From positions 78,058,001 to 78,122,000 of the forward strand of contig OX597824.1 of assembly GCA_951406725.2 (NCBI GenBank): a stretch of DNA of 64,000 nucleotides, read 5' to 3'. The DNA is from Octopus vulgaris (lineage: Eukaryota). Position numbers and translations under genes: made by a program. Numbering within the stretch: position 1 is the first letter of the stretch; each line of letters opens with the position of its first letter. Below the pieces are notes generated by a model. The model searched no databases. It saw only the letters and a list, made by a program, of their open reading frames with translations, and was not told where the DNA came from. Below, piece by piece: positions 41,594 to 54,282 of the stretch.

Positions 41594-42345
41594 AAAATTA
41601 TATATAAAATTTACAAAAGGGAACAAGAACGCAAACCACACTAAGAGAAAGGGGTATTGCGGCGTAACGTACCCCTTTCTCCTATGTATGCACATTCCAC
41701 CTTGTACGACTTCGATACACACACTTTCTCTATAGTCTGTGTCTTTCTCTTTCTTTACCTCTGATTCTTCCCCTACTCCCTCACATTTCTTTGTCTTTCT
41801 TACTTTGCACCATTGTTGTCCCTTTCTTTCTCTCTCTCTCTTTGATTCCTTGCCCCCTACCCTTTTTTCTCTCTCTTCTTCCCTCCTCTCACGTGACTGC
41901 TGTTCAACTGGTCTTTTCGCCTTTGACCGCTACCATGTTAACACTGTTGTCTTCGTCTGCCGCAAAGGAATTTTTTCAAAATACGCCAGCCAAGATCAGT
42001 TAATTTGTCCGAAGTCGTACGACTCCCGCTGTCCTGTTATTACTATTCTTGTTTTTTATTTTTATTTTGTTTTTATGTATTTATATTCGTGTGGCATCGT
42101 CCGGTTTTCTGTCCTTGTTTCGTATACATTCGATCCTTTTTCCAAGAAACCTAATGCTCGTAGCTTAGTTTTTCCTTGGGGCTGGCCGGATCGGAGCGAT
42201 GTCAGGATTAATCAGCCGAAATTACTAAGATGATCCGGTTCCTGACTGAAGATTAGAGGCTTCGAATGACCTGTCTGTTTTTTTGTGTCGTCTCTTTGTG
42301 TGGTTTGGGTTCTTGTCCCCTTTTGTAAATTTTATATATAATTTT
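41594..42345. mobile_element. Unclassified element with about 52-bp terminal inverted repeats
   Basis: aaaattatatataaaatttacaaaaggga.caagaac.caaaccacac / gtgtggtttgggttcttgtccccttttgtaaattttatatataatttt. Confidence 0.65.
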
Positions 42346-42446
42346 TATACATATATATATATATATATATATGATATGAATAGAAATATGTACACTTATA
42401 TATGTATGTATGTATATATTTGCGTATAATTATATATCATTATATC

Positions 42447-42486
<40 letters not shown>

Positions 42487-42944
42487 CACTCCTATTTTTT
42501 CATCTAAACCTGAATCTAATATATTCACTGTGTACGACTAGTTGACTTTTCTTGTATTTTTCCCGTTATTTTTACTTTTTGATTTTCCCCACTGTCTATG
42601 TATAGGTTTGAGTGCGTGAGTGTGTGTACGTGCATGTATGTATGTATGTATGTATGTATGTATGTATGTATGTATGTATGTATGTATGTATGTATATACC
42701 GGGATAAAAGGAAGCTGCAGAATGATAGTTACAGATATTTCGATAGAAAAGTGAAGAGCACCAGGGATAACATTGATAAAGAGAAAGACAGACAGACAGA
42801 GAGAGAGAGAGAGAGGGGGAGAGAGAGAGAGATTGAATGAGGGAGTAATGGAGAGAGGCAGATAGAGATAAAGATACATGAGATGGGAAGAGTCAGAACA
42901 AAAACTATAGACATTATGGAGGATGATATATATGTATATGTATG

Positions 42945-43037
<93 letters not shown>

Positions 43038-43056
43038 GTATATATATATGTATATA

Positions 43057-43107
<51 letters not shown>

Positions 43108-43359
43108 GAAACACTGTATCAGCTCATCAAATACAAAGCGCAGACGAGATATCATGTGACCAACATACGTCGCAGAACACTAACGTTTCTGTTTTATTTA
43201 TGCTTCTACAAAATGCTATATATTTCTAATCATGTTTTGATGTAGTAATATCTTTAAATGTACTTCGGTAACACATTAATAAAATGAAATGAACTGTTTG
43301 TTAATGTATGTGAATCTCGTGCTCTCGCACACATACACACATATATACACACACGCACA

Positions 43360-43401
<42 letters not shown>

Positions 43402-43639
43402 GTGAAGTGTGCTCTTCATTGCAAACACAGACGATATGTAGAAAATTGAGCGAAAGCAGCGTAAAGAGGAAAGACATATAAACACATAGACAAACACACA
43501 AGCATATTCGCAAATGCAAGTATGTATGGTTGTACGTGTACACAGACGCGCGCGTGTGTGTGTATGTGTGTAGTATATCGTAGGAGCGGCTATGTGGTAA
43601 GAACCCGGAACCTGAACCTGGAACCACGCGGTTTTTACA

Positions 43640-45040
43640 TTTCATGTTCTAATACATTTCCTGCTGTGATTGTCCTATGTCCTATCCTGGACATTTGCGG
43701 CATCTCCCTCTGGCAGGTGCCGCAAATGTAGCGAAGACTTTGCCTGTCGGTTGTAAGGTCATAGATTCTTGTTGAGGTATTTTCTTCTCTTTCCATTTCT
43801 CCTCTCCTTTGTGTTCCCTCTCCTATGATGTGTCGCCAGTCTCCACGGTTGCTATCAGCCGATTCCCAGTTGCTAATACTGATGTCACAGGCCTTCATGT
43901 CCCTTTTGCAAACATCCTTGTATCGTAAGAACGGTCTTCCAACAGACCTAGTGCACCTAGTAAGCTCTCCTTAGACTGTGTTCTTGGGGATTCTGCCACC
44001 TTCCATTCGACTAACATGTCTAAACCATCTCATACGTCTTTGTGTGAGTAGTGCAAACATGCTTGGTATTCCTGCTTGCTTGAAGGCATCTTTTTGGGGG
44101 ACACGATCCTGCCATTTGATGTCAAGGATGTTCCGGAGGCAGCGCAGGTGAAAGATACTTAGGCGACGCTCTTGGCGGGGTATTTCGTCCAGGTTTCACT
44201 GCCATACAGTAGTGTGCGAAGTACACATGCCTGGTAAATCTTCATTTTTGTGGTCTTGTTCAGCTTTTTGTTGCCCCCTGCCTCTTTGGAGATTTGGGCC
44301 ATAACAACAGCTGCCTTGCCAATGCGTATATTAAGCTCGGCACCAAGGGATAGGTTGCAGGTAACGGTAGAGCCAAGAGGGCGGCGAGCTGGTAGAAACG
44401 TTAGCATGCCTGGCGAAATGCGTAGCTGTATTTCGTCTGCCGTTACGTTTTGAGTTCAAATTCCGCCGAGTTTCACTTTGCCTTTCATCCTTTCGGGGTC
44501 GATAAATTAAGTACCAGTTACGCACTGGGGTCGATAGAATCGACTTAATCCGTCTGTCTGTCCTTGTTTGTCTCCTCTGTGTTTAGCCCCTTGTGGGTAG
44601 TAAAGTAATGGGTAGAGCCAAGATAGGTAAACTTCTCCACCTCCTGTAGTCTGTGGTCTCCAATATGTATGTTTGGGATGTCCGATGTAGCCTGACCCAT
44701 GATATTGGTCTTCTTGAGGCTGATAACTAAGTCAAAGTCACTACAGTCTTGCTCAAAGCAGTGGATGAGCCTTGGCATCATCAGCAAAGAGCATCTCCTT
44801 GATCAGGACGCTTCTGATTTTGGTCTTAGCACGCAGACGCGAGAGATTGAACAGTTTCCCGACATTTCTATTGCGCAGAAACATTCCATCATCTAATGTC
44901 TCAAAAGCATGTGACAGCCAAATAATGTAGGAGCAAGAACACAGCCTTGTTTTACTCCGTTCTTTATTTGGAAGGCGGCTGAACCATTGTGCTGCATGAT
45001 GCCTTGCATGTCATCATGGAAAGATTTCATCAGTTGTTGG
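43640..45040 (-). pseudogene. RTE (BovB-like) LINE, RT and C-terminal remnant
   Basis: Fragments FQIKNGVKQGCVLAPTLF, LVISLKKTNIM...VEKFTYLGST, ELNIRIGKAA...KMKIYQACVLRTLLYGSETWT, MKACDISISNWE; frameshifted. Confidence 0.9.
44379..44607 (+). mobile_element. SINE family C nested in the RTE LINE
   Basis: TSD ggtagagccaaga at 44366-44378 and 44611-44623. Confidence 0.92.
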
Positions 45041-45356
45041 CTATTTCTCTAGTCTTGTATTTTGAGCATTTAACAACATATACGACAGGTTTCTTTCAGT
45101 TTCCGTCTACCATAATCACTCAAAAGGCTCTGGTCAGTCCGAGACTAAAGTTGAAGGAGTCTGTCCACGTTGTCACACATTGGGATTGAACCTGGAACTA
45201 AGTGGTTGAAAAGCGAACTTCTTACACCTACGCCTGCGCCTATGGATATGTGTGTATTAATATACGTAAAATGTATTACGCACACACACACACACATATA
45301 GAACCATAGACATACACATATGTATATATATGCATATACATATATATATATACATA

Positions 45357-45392
<36 letters not shown>

Positions 45393-45402
45393 CATAAGTA
45401 TA

Positions 45403-45493
45403 TGGCCAGATAACCGAAGAGATGGTGTTGTGGATTTCCACCTCGGCATCCGAAATTCATAGTTTTATCTTGGCTATTGAATAATTGTCATTT

Positions 45494-45496
<3 letters not shown>
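45403..45496 (+). repeat. Partial copy of the palindromic family at 62909-63103
   Basis: gataaccgaagagatgg...gtggatttccac...catccgaaa...ttttatc.tggcta.tgaataattgtca. Confidence 0.75.
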
Positions 45497-45587
<91 letters not shown>

Positions 45588-45601
45588 AAATAATATGTGA
45601 C

Positions 45602-45644
<43 letters not shown>

Positions 45645-45864
45645 CAATATAGGGTGGCAAAAAAAATTTGTAGAATTCTTTTGCCACCAGCGGCCTAGTG
45701 GGAAAAAATTAAATAGTCATAAACCATTTTTAAGTTCAACATTAACAATCAAGGAACGGCCATAATAGGCCATTCACCCACTAGAAATAACAGCCAAAAG
45801 CTTTAACCGCAAAATAACGTCAATTCCGTAAACCAGGAGAAAATTGAAAAACATTTACCCTGTA

Positions 45865-45971
45865 ATTTCTTAGACGATGCACCGTTTCATCTTCTGTTTA
45901 ATGGAAAACTAACCTGATTAAATTAAATCAAGCCAATCTACCATAGGCCCTTAGATTCATCAGTAAGAAAT
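45865..45971 (-). ncRNA. Type I hammerhead ribozyme (inverted array unit)
   Basis: Reverse complement of the motif at 46558-46664. Confidence 0.8.
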
Positions 45972-46557
45972 AGCCAAACCGGAACAGATATTTTTCACGA
46001 GGCATTCTCATTGCTACCTCGTCAATATCTGACCTAAGATTTTCAAATCGTCGCACTCGCGCCAAATTTATCGGCAGCAAATAAATATAAGCCGCCGATT
46101 CCATTACGGAATTAACCAGAAAATTCATAATTAATCAATATAGGGTGCCAAAAAAAATTTTGTAGAATTCTTTTGCCACCAGCGGCCTAGTGGGAAAAAA
46201 TTAAATAGTCATAAACCATTTTTAAGTTCAACAAAAGCTTTTGGCTGTTATTTCTAGTGGGTGAATGGCCTATTATGGCCGTTCCTTGATTGTTAATGTT
46301 GAACTTAAAAACGGTTTATGACTATTTAATTTTTTCCCACTAGGCCGCTGGTGGCAAAAGAATTCTACAAAATTTTTTTGCCACCCTATATTGATTAATT
46401 ATGAATTTTCTGGTTAATTCCGTAATGGAATCGGCGGCTTATATTTATTTGCTGCCGATAAATTTGGCGCGAGTGCGACGATTTGAAAATTTTAGGTCAG
46501 ATATTGACGAGGTAGCAATGAGAATGCCTCGTGAAAAATATCTGTTCCGGTTTGGCT

Positions 46558-46664
46558 ATTTCTTACTGATGAATCTAAGGGCCTATGGTAGATTGGCTTG
46601 ATTTAATTTAATCAGGTTAGTTTTCCATTAAACAGAAGATGAAACGGTGCATCGTCTAAGAAAT
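46558..46664 (+). ncRNA. Type I hammerhead ribozyme; predicted cleavage after C46656
   Basis: ATTTCTTA-CTGATGA-atct[60 nt]agat-GAAA-cgg tgca tc-GTC^TAAGAAAT: perfect 8-bp stem I, intact core, short stem III with palindromic TGCA loop. Confidence 0.82.
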
Positions 46665-47050
46665 TACAGGGTAAATGTTTTTCAATTTTCTCCTGGTTTA
46701 CGGAATTGACGTTATTTTGCGGTTAAAGCTTTTGGCTGTTATTTCTAGTGGGTGAATGGCCTATTATGGCCGTTCCTTGATTGTTAATGTTGAACTTAAA
46801 AATGGTTTATGACTATTTAATTTTTTCCCACTAGGCCGCTGGTGGCAAAAGAATTCTACAAAATTTTTTTTTGCCACCCTATATTGATTAATTATGAATT
46901 TTCTGGTTAATTCCGTAATGGAATCGGCGGCTTATATTTATTTGCTGCCGATAAATTTGGCGCGAGTGCGACGATTTGAAAATTTTAGGTCAGATATTGA
47001 CGAGGTAGCAATGAGAATGCCTCGTGAAAAATATCTGTTCCGGTTTGGCT

Positions 47051-47157
47051 ATTTCTTACTGATGAATCTAAGGGCCTATGGTAGATTGGCTTGATTTAAT
47101 TTAATCAGGTTAATTTTCCATTAAACAGAAGATGAAACGGTGCATCGTCTAAGAAAT
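47051..47157 (+). ncRNA. Type I hammerhead ribozyme; predicted cleavage after C47149
   Basis: Same motif, +493 bp. Confidence 0.82.
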
Positions 47158-47543
47158 TACAGGGTAAATGTTTTTCAATTTTCTCCTGGTTTACGGAATT
47201 GACGTTATTTTGCGGTTAAAGCTTTTGGCTGTTATTTCTAGTGGGTGAATGGCCTATTATGGCCGTTCCTTGATTGTTAATGTTGAACTTAAAAATGGTT
47301 TATGAATATTTAATTTTTTCCCACTAGGCCGCTGGTGGCAAAAGAATTCTACAAAATTTTTTTTTGGCACCCTATATTGATTAATTATGAATTTTCTGGT
47401 TAATTCCGTAATGGAATCGGCGGCTTATATTTATTTGCTGCCGATAAATTTGGCGCGAGTGCGACGATTTGAAAATTTTAGGTCAGATATTGACGAGGTA
47501 GCAATGAGAATGCCTCGTGAAAAATATCTGTTCCGGTTTGGCT

Positions 47544-47650
47544 ATTTCTTACTGATGAATCTAAGGGCCTATGGTAGATTGGCTTGATTTAATTTAATCA
47601 GGTTAGTTTTCCATTAAACAGAAGATGAAACGGTGCATCGTCTAAGAAAT
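47544..47650 (+). ncRNA. Type I hammerhead ribozyme; predicted cleavage after C47642
   Basis: Same motif, +986 bp. Confidence 0.82.
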
Positions 47651-49208
47651 TACAGGGTAAATGTTTTTCAATTTTCTCCTGGTTTACGGAATTGACGTTA
47701 TTTTGCGGTTAAAGCTTTTGGCTGTTATTTCTAGTGGGTGAATGGCCTATTATGGCCGTTCCTTGATTGTTAATATATATATATATATATACATAGGGAT
47801 AGATCTATGTGGTTTGTCCAATATTCCCTACGTCCCCTATCGTATATATTTCAAATATACGATATGTTATTTTAAGATATTTCATAACAGCTTTATGTAT
47901 TGCCATCAATACTTCTAAGGTCTTGCTGACCTAACTTGCAATATGATATGTGTTTTATATTATTGTAACTAATGGAAATATTTGTTTCTCTATGACATTC
48001 CCAAAAGGTAAACATGATTAGAATATCATTTATAAATGTGTATGCGTGTGCATGTGTGTGTGTGTTTGTATGCGTATGCGTACAGAAGAAATTTTGATGT
48101 ACGACTGTATGTATGTGCATATGTGTGTGCTTCTGTGGCAGCTTACAGAATGTATATATTTTTCCCAAATATCAGCAAATCATATTTCATATTGTATCAG
48201 TTTATATAAACATATACAATATATATGTGTGTATATATATATATACATATATAAATATATATATATATATGTATGTATATGTATATATATGTATGTATAT
48301 ATATGTATATGTATATATGTATATATATATATATAATATACTTATATATAAATTACATTCACACATACACACGCACAAGTATAGTATTACTGTATGACAG
48401 ATAGGGATACATACTGCAGAGGGACAAGATGAAATATACAGGAAATAGGATATACAAGCGACAGAGTGTCACTGGTGAGGTCAGAAAATGTGTGACGAAA
48501 GAACTTTGACAAACATATAAACCAAAAATAACACGAATACAAACTAAAGTGAAGATCAAATAAACAGTGCGTGTGTTTAACTGGCAGAATAAAAATGACC
48601 GTCCCCACGTATAACAATATGAGATCAAAGTATAATTAAAACAAAAAAAATATTTGAAGAGAAATAACTTAGAGTGGTCAGTGTGATGTATTTAAGTAGC
48701 AAAACCAAATAAGCGGATATTCAGGATTTATTGAATTTACCTTCACCCCAAGAGAAAGGGAAACACCCGGATTAACTCCGAATAAGAAGATTCATAATCT
48801 TAAAAATCAAAACTCTTTGAAATCAGCAAGTTACTCAGGAAAAGACTGTCAGGCCGTTCTGTGTAATATACAATGTTTACGTTGCGGTTTAACTGGGGGT
48901 TAGTCCCAATCGAAGCAAAACTCAGTATAGCAAGAGACTTACTTTATTTTACTCAAGAATATAACAAATAGCAAAGGTGAAGAAGAGTTTTACTTTATAT
49001 TAAGATGACAGATTAGTGTGAAGGATTTAAGATCCTTTTCTGGAAATTTTTATTATTTTCTCTTAATAATCTTTGTTGAATTGATTTCGTATGTGGCTGC
49101 ATGTGTTTCTGCATTGGCTGCTTTGCTTTTTTTTACGTTATTTGAGCGAAAGAGATGATACATAAATTATAGAGTGAACTGACACAATATACTCATGAAC
49201 TGAACAAA

Positions 49209-49577
49209 TTTTTTATTGTTACCCCCGGATAATTGCTGGTTGTTAAAGAAGAAACCTGTTTTCCTACCAGGCGTGCTATTCTTAATTAGTGCACATAAGT
49301 TCTCAGTTATTCCACACATATCGAGTGTTTCCAAAATCCAAGAATGCGGTAACATGTCGTAAGCACTTTTAAAGTCTATGCAGGCCATGCACAAATTTTT
49401 TGTACCGTTTGCTGTTCTTCATTACAACCTTATCTATCAGAAGGTGGTCCTTGGTGTTCTTGGATCCTTTTCGGCATCCGTTTTCTTCTACTGGAAATAG
49501 ATTTTTTCCGCAACGAACGTATTTTTTTCCCTGCGAGAATGCCTGTTAACACTTTCCATACGAGGTTAAGATAAGCA
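49209..49577 (-). pseudogene. R4/Dong-like reverse transcriptase fragment
   Basis: CIDFKSAYDMLPHSWILETL (DY.KAYD.VPH.WI motif), WKVLTGI, and a frameshifted GCRKGS..TKD.LLID-like segment; abuts (TTA)n. Confidence 0.75.
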
Positions 49578-49658
<81 letters not shown>

Positions 49659-49707
49659 TTAATGATTATTATTATTATTATTATCATTATTAGTTGTAGT
49701 AGTAGTG

Positions 49708-49770
<63 letters not shown>

Positions 49771-49860
49771 ATATTACAAGCAGAAAAGTCGCAATCCGGG
49801 CGGTTTTCTACTGGCATATGTGTTGCCCATACTGATGTTATATATATATATATATACACA

Positions 49861-49915
<55 letters not shown>

Positions 49916-50826
49916 GATACATAAGTTATAGAGTGAACTGAGACAATATACTCATGAATTGAACAAAGATTCTGTTATAGTTTATTCTGTAATCAGTAAA
50001 ATAATCCATGATACATTTAAAAATGGCGGTAATGAAAATTGGAAAAGAGATAAATCTGTCAAGGGAAAACGTTCATGAATCTTCACTTGAGGGAATTTGA
50101 AAATAGATGCTCTGGTGGGAATTAACGAATTACATTTACCAATTTGCAGAGTTGAGTTTTGTTATATTGTTATTTCATTTTATTCACTTATAGACGTCTT
50201 AAGCGTTTCTAATGTCCCTTTCCTAGCAATTAAAAAGAAAATTAAATACAGTTCTATTAAAGGTGAGTTGTGAATGTCTGATATCACTGTATAATTTTTT
50301 GCAGATACAACTGTTAGCAGATGGACCCTTTTCATTTATCACGTTTAATGTTTTTATATTTTCAACGACCTTGATAATGCAACATACATGTGCGAAGAAT
50401 TGTGTTGGAATTGTGTTGGAAGATGACATTTTTGACTAAATAATCTCAAGCTGGTACCCCAGCATGACCGCAGCCTAATTTGAAAATTGAATTCTATTAG
50501 ATAGGATCATTGTTTTTCACACTACGTAATACTTTTTTAAATAATTTACTCGTTTTGTTGGGGTTTTTTTTTCGCTCTATGAAATTTTTCACGAACACGA
50601 AGAAAAAGCTATTTGTTTATATATGGAATTCAAATGGAAGTTGACATTTAAAACACAAGCGAATCTTGTAATATCAATCAATATGATTTATGTTTAATAT
50701 ACAAATAAACTTTACGGTTTAAAATTCTTTTGATATTCATTTATAATTTCTTCAAATATAACTTTTTTAATAACGCGAGAGAAAAAATAAACTGGACACA
50801 GTCCCGCACTGCTTCAATCATTATAA

Positions 50827-50907
<81 letters not shown>

Positions 50908-50917
50908 ATTATTATTA

Positions 50918-51003
<86 letters not shown>

Positions 51004-51099
51004 CATTGTTGTTGTTGTTCTTGCTCCAGTTGTAGATATTGTTGCTGTTAACAGCAGCAGCGGTGGTAGTAGTAGTAGTAGTAGTGCAAAGCTATTACA

Positions 51100-54000
51100 T
51101 ACCAATTTAATAGGCAGGAATATTATCTTCCATAAACTCCATGCAGAATACAGGATTGTACTTTTCTGCAGGCCGATAATATCCCAATACATTCTTTTTT
51201 TTTTAGGCTCTTAAATATCAGGTTGGGCATTGTGCCAAGCGCACCAATTAGCACAGGAATAACTGTTGTTTTTTGTCTACCACAATCTCTTCATTTCTCT
51301 GGCTGTTTCTCAATATTTTCCATTGCTTTTGTTTCTGCTATTTCATCATATGGTATTACAAATTTGAAGATCTTAAATTTTTTTTTTGTTCTTTATAATC
51401 ACATCTTTTGCTTTTGTTTCAACGGTGTGACCAGTCTTTCTGGGGAAGTCCCATGAAATCCAATAATTTTTATTCTCTGTCACAGCCTCTAGTTCGTGTT
51501 CATACCACTTCTCTGTTGTTTCGAAGCCGCAGACTCGTCCAACATCAAATTGCACTCTTTTACCAATATAATCATACCAGCGCTTATACTCCTTTTGTGT
51601 GAACTTACTGCACTCACTCAAGTGATGGTTAACACTTCCGTATTCTTACCTGCAGATTCTGTATTTGCTGTCTTACTGAGTTTTGTAGATCTTTGTTTTT
51701 ATCAGATTCGTCCTAATGGCTAGATCCTGAGCGATAATAATTAATTTTTCAGTCTCTCGTTTCAGATTTCCGTCCATCAGCAATAGTTTGTGTTCTTTAC
51801 TTTAATATCCTCGGTTTGTTGCATCAATTATACATGTAATTCTATTTCTTCCCATCTGTAAGAGTGTTGTTCGTCCTTCTGTTCTTGAAATCTCCTTCAG
51901 TTTCAGTAACTTTTGGGGCATCTCTAGCTACCGATAGCAGTCTTTCTTCTCCACGTAAAACATAATTTTGCCACCCCAATATCTCTAATATCGCAGTACT
52001 AACGGTGTCTTCTGTGTTTGTTAATCCCCTGTTTCTTTCCTTTCTTGACAGATAGGGTACACTAATATTACTTTTAGGGTGGTAGGTGTTGTGCCTTGTG
52101 AGTAGCATCCCAGATTCTCTTACTTTTGCAACTCGATCTTCTTCCATTTTAGAAAGGGAACCGTTTATCTTAATAACAGCATAGCCCATGCATTTATTGC
52201 TTTAATGATATCCCTTCCATTAATTTCGATTCGAATACCTTCATGATTTTTCTCTTGTACACATTGGATATTTTCTTTCTCATTTCCCCTTCCATTATCC
52301 TATCGTCTTGCATCATTCCTAGGTATCTGTATACCTCATTACTCCACATCGATCACATGATATTGTCTTGTGGTAATTTTATACCATCAGAACTTATCAT
52401 CTGGTTTCCCTTTATAGTTAACTCTACGCACCTTGAATACACTTACTACTTTAGTTAGAGAATCCAGGTCTTTTACACTTTCTGTATATTATTTGAGTTC
52501 ATTCATATAAAGTAGTGATCTATTTTCACCTTGGTTTTGATAAATTCATAGGCAGGCCTGGATTTTCTCAATACACTTGTCAGATACATTAATATAATGA
52601 CGATGTGTAATGGAGAGAGAGCGAGTCTCCATGGAATATTCCTAATTATTCATTTGCACATGTTCTGCTTTTTATTGCTTTTTCCAAAAAGCCATTTTTC
52701 TTCTCGTTAACTCCGTGAGCCCTCAGGCACTTCGGTTGAACATTTTCGTAAGCTTCTTATAGTCTGTCTACGCAACAGCTAAATGCTCCTTTCTCACACG
52801 TATCTCATTTAGTATACTACTATTAATATACAGCAGATCAGTATTTCCTGTTGACTTCTTTTGCTCACCTGACAATAAATTCTCCTTCTTCAAACAGTTA
52901 TAAATTTCATCTGCTACGAGGCCAGTTAATAATTTCCAGAGTAATGGTGAACATTACTGACTATAATAACAGACTTCCCCTTTCATTTTATTGTATGACT
53001 ATTTCTGTACTGTCCTTCTTTTGTCATCCATTTTGGTGTGCCATTTTCTATACAATCAATGAAAAACGGTTGTTTATGACTGTGTGGAGGCGCAATGGCC
53101 CAGTGGTTAGGGCAGCGGACTCGCGGTCATAGGATCGCGGTTTCGATCCCAAGACCGGGCGTTGTGAGTGTTTATTGAGCGAAAACACCTAAAGCTCCAC
53201 GAGGCTCCGGCAGGGGATGGTGGTGATCCCTGCTGTACTCTTTCACCACAACTTTCTCTCACTCTTTCTTCCTGTTTCTGTTGTACCTGTATTTCAAAGG
53301 GCCGGCCTTGTCACTCTCTGTGTCACACTGAATATCCTCGAGAACTACGTTAAGGGTACACGTGTCTGTGGATGCTCAGCCACTTACACGTTAATTTCAC
53401 GAGCTGGCCGTTCCGTTGATTCGGATCAACCGGAACCCTCGTCGTCGTAACCGACGGAGTGCTTCCATATGGTATATTTGGTAGAACCAGAATGTCCGAA
53501 CACTATCTGGTCCGATAGCTTCCCAATTTGGTATTTTCTTAATCATTTCTTTCTCTTTCTTATACGTAGCACTTATGTTTTCTTCTTTCGCTCCATCACC
53601 AATTTCTTTTTAAATTTTCATAACCAGTCTGCTCCTGAGTTCTCGTCAAAATTTCTTGATACCTAAGCAAGAATATCGTTTCCCTGATGTTCCTATTCAT
53701 TATCCAGTTGTTGGTAGAATTTACTTTCGTTTTTCATGAAGAATTCGTTCTGCTGGTGTTGGTTTGTTCTCTGTTGATATCTGGTACTGCTTTGAAAATT
53801 TTGTCTTATCTCTTCTTTATTTACTTCTAATCCTTCGTGCCTAGTATTGTACTTTTTTTGCTGTTCATTCACGTGTTTTGCTCTCTTCATAGTCTTTTCT
53901 ATAGTTGAATTTATCATTCAAAGATATCTGTTGAGTAGCTCAGTGTGTTCCTCCAGTCATGGTTTCCACTATGGGTCTTTGCCTCTTGTTTTTCTTTGGA

Positions 54001-54120
54001 TTATGATCCCAAGAATTACTGCAGCAACAGTCGCTGCACAATTAATAAAGCCGTCTAGATCTGTTACACATTATTACATACATTTTTGTTAACAACTCAT
54101 TCATCTTCAACACTACTTTA
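51100..54120 (-). mobile_element. Decayed R4/Dong-like RLE non-LTR retrotransposon
   Basis: Fragments RYQQRTNQHQQNEFF, YHPKSNISVPYLSRKERNRGL, SECSKFTQKEYKRWYD...KWYEH...WDF and a PVLIGALG-like end; bracketed by (TAA)n-rich arrays. Confidence 0.8.
53084..53467 (+). mobile_element. SINE family B nested in the R4-like element
   Basis: Near-identical to 3591-3978. Confidence 0.92.
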
Positions 54121-54171
54121 CGTATTATTATTATTATTATTATAATTATTATTATTGTTATTATTATTATT

Positions 54172-54210
<39 letters not shown>

Positions 54211-54211
54211 T

Positions 54212-54282
<71 letters not shown>

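Larger units (their letters stand above)
45641..47774. mobile_element. 493-bp tandem array with inverted left arm; retrozyme/Penelope pLTR-like
   Basis: Minus arm 45641-46233 (about 1.2 units) and plus arm 46234-47774 (about 3.1 units); identical ORFs at 46401, 46894 and 47387 fix the period; only a few substitutions between units; (TA)n on both sides. Confidence 0.88.

Noticed and set aside
45641-47774. CRISPR array or plain satellite interpretation
   Set aside because: No unique spacers and a eukaryotic context; the complete ribozyme fold and inversion fit a retroelement better
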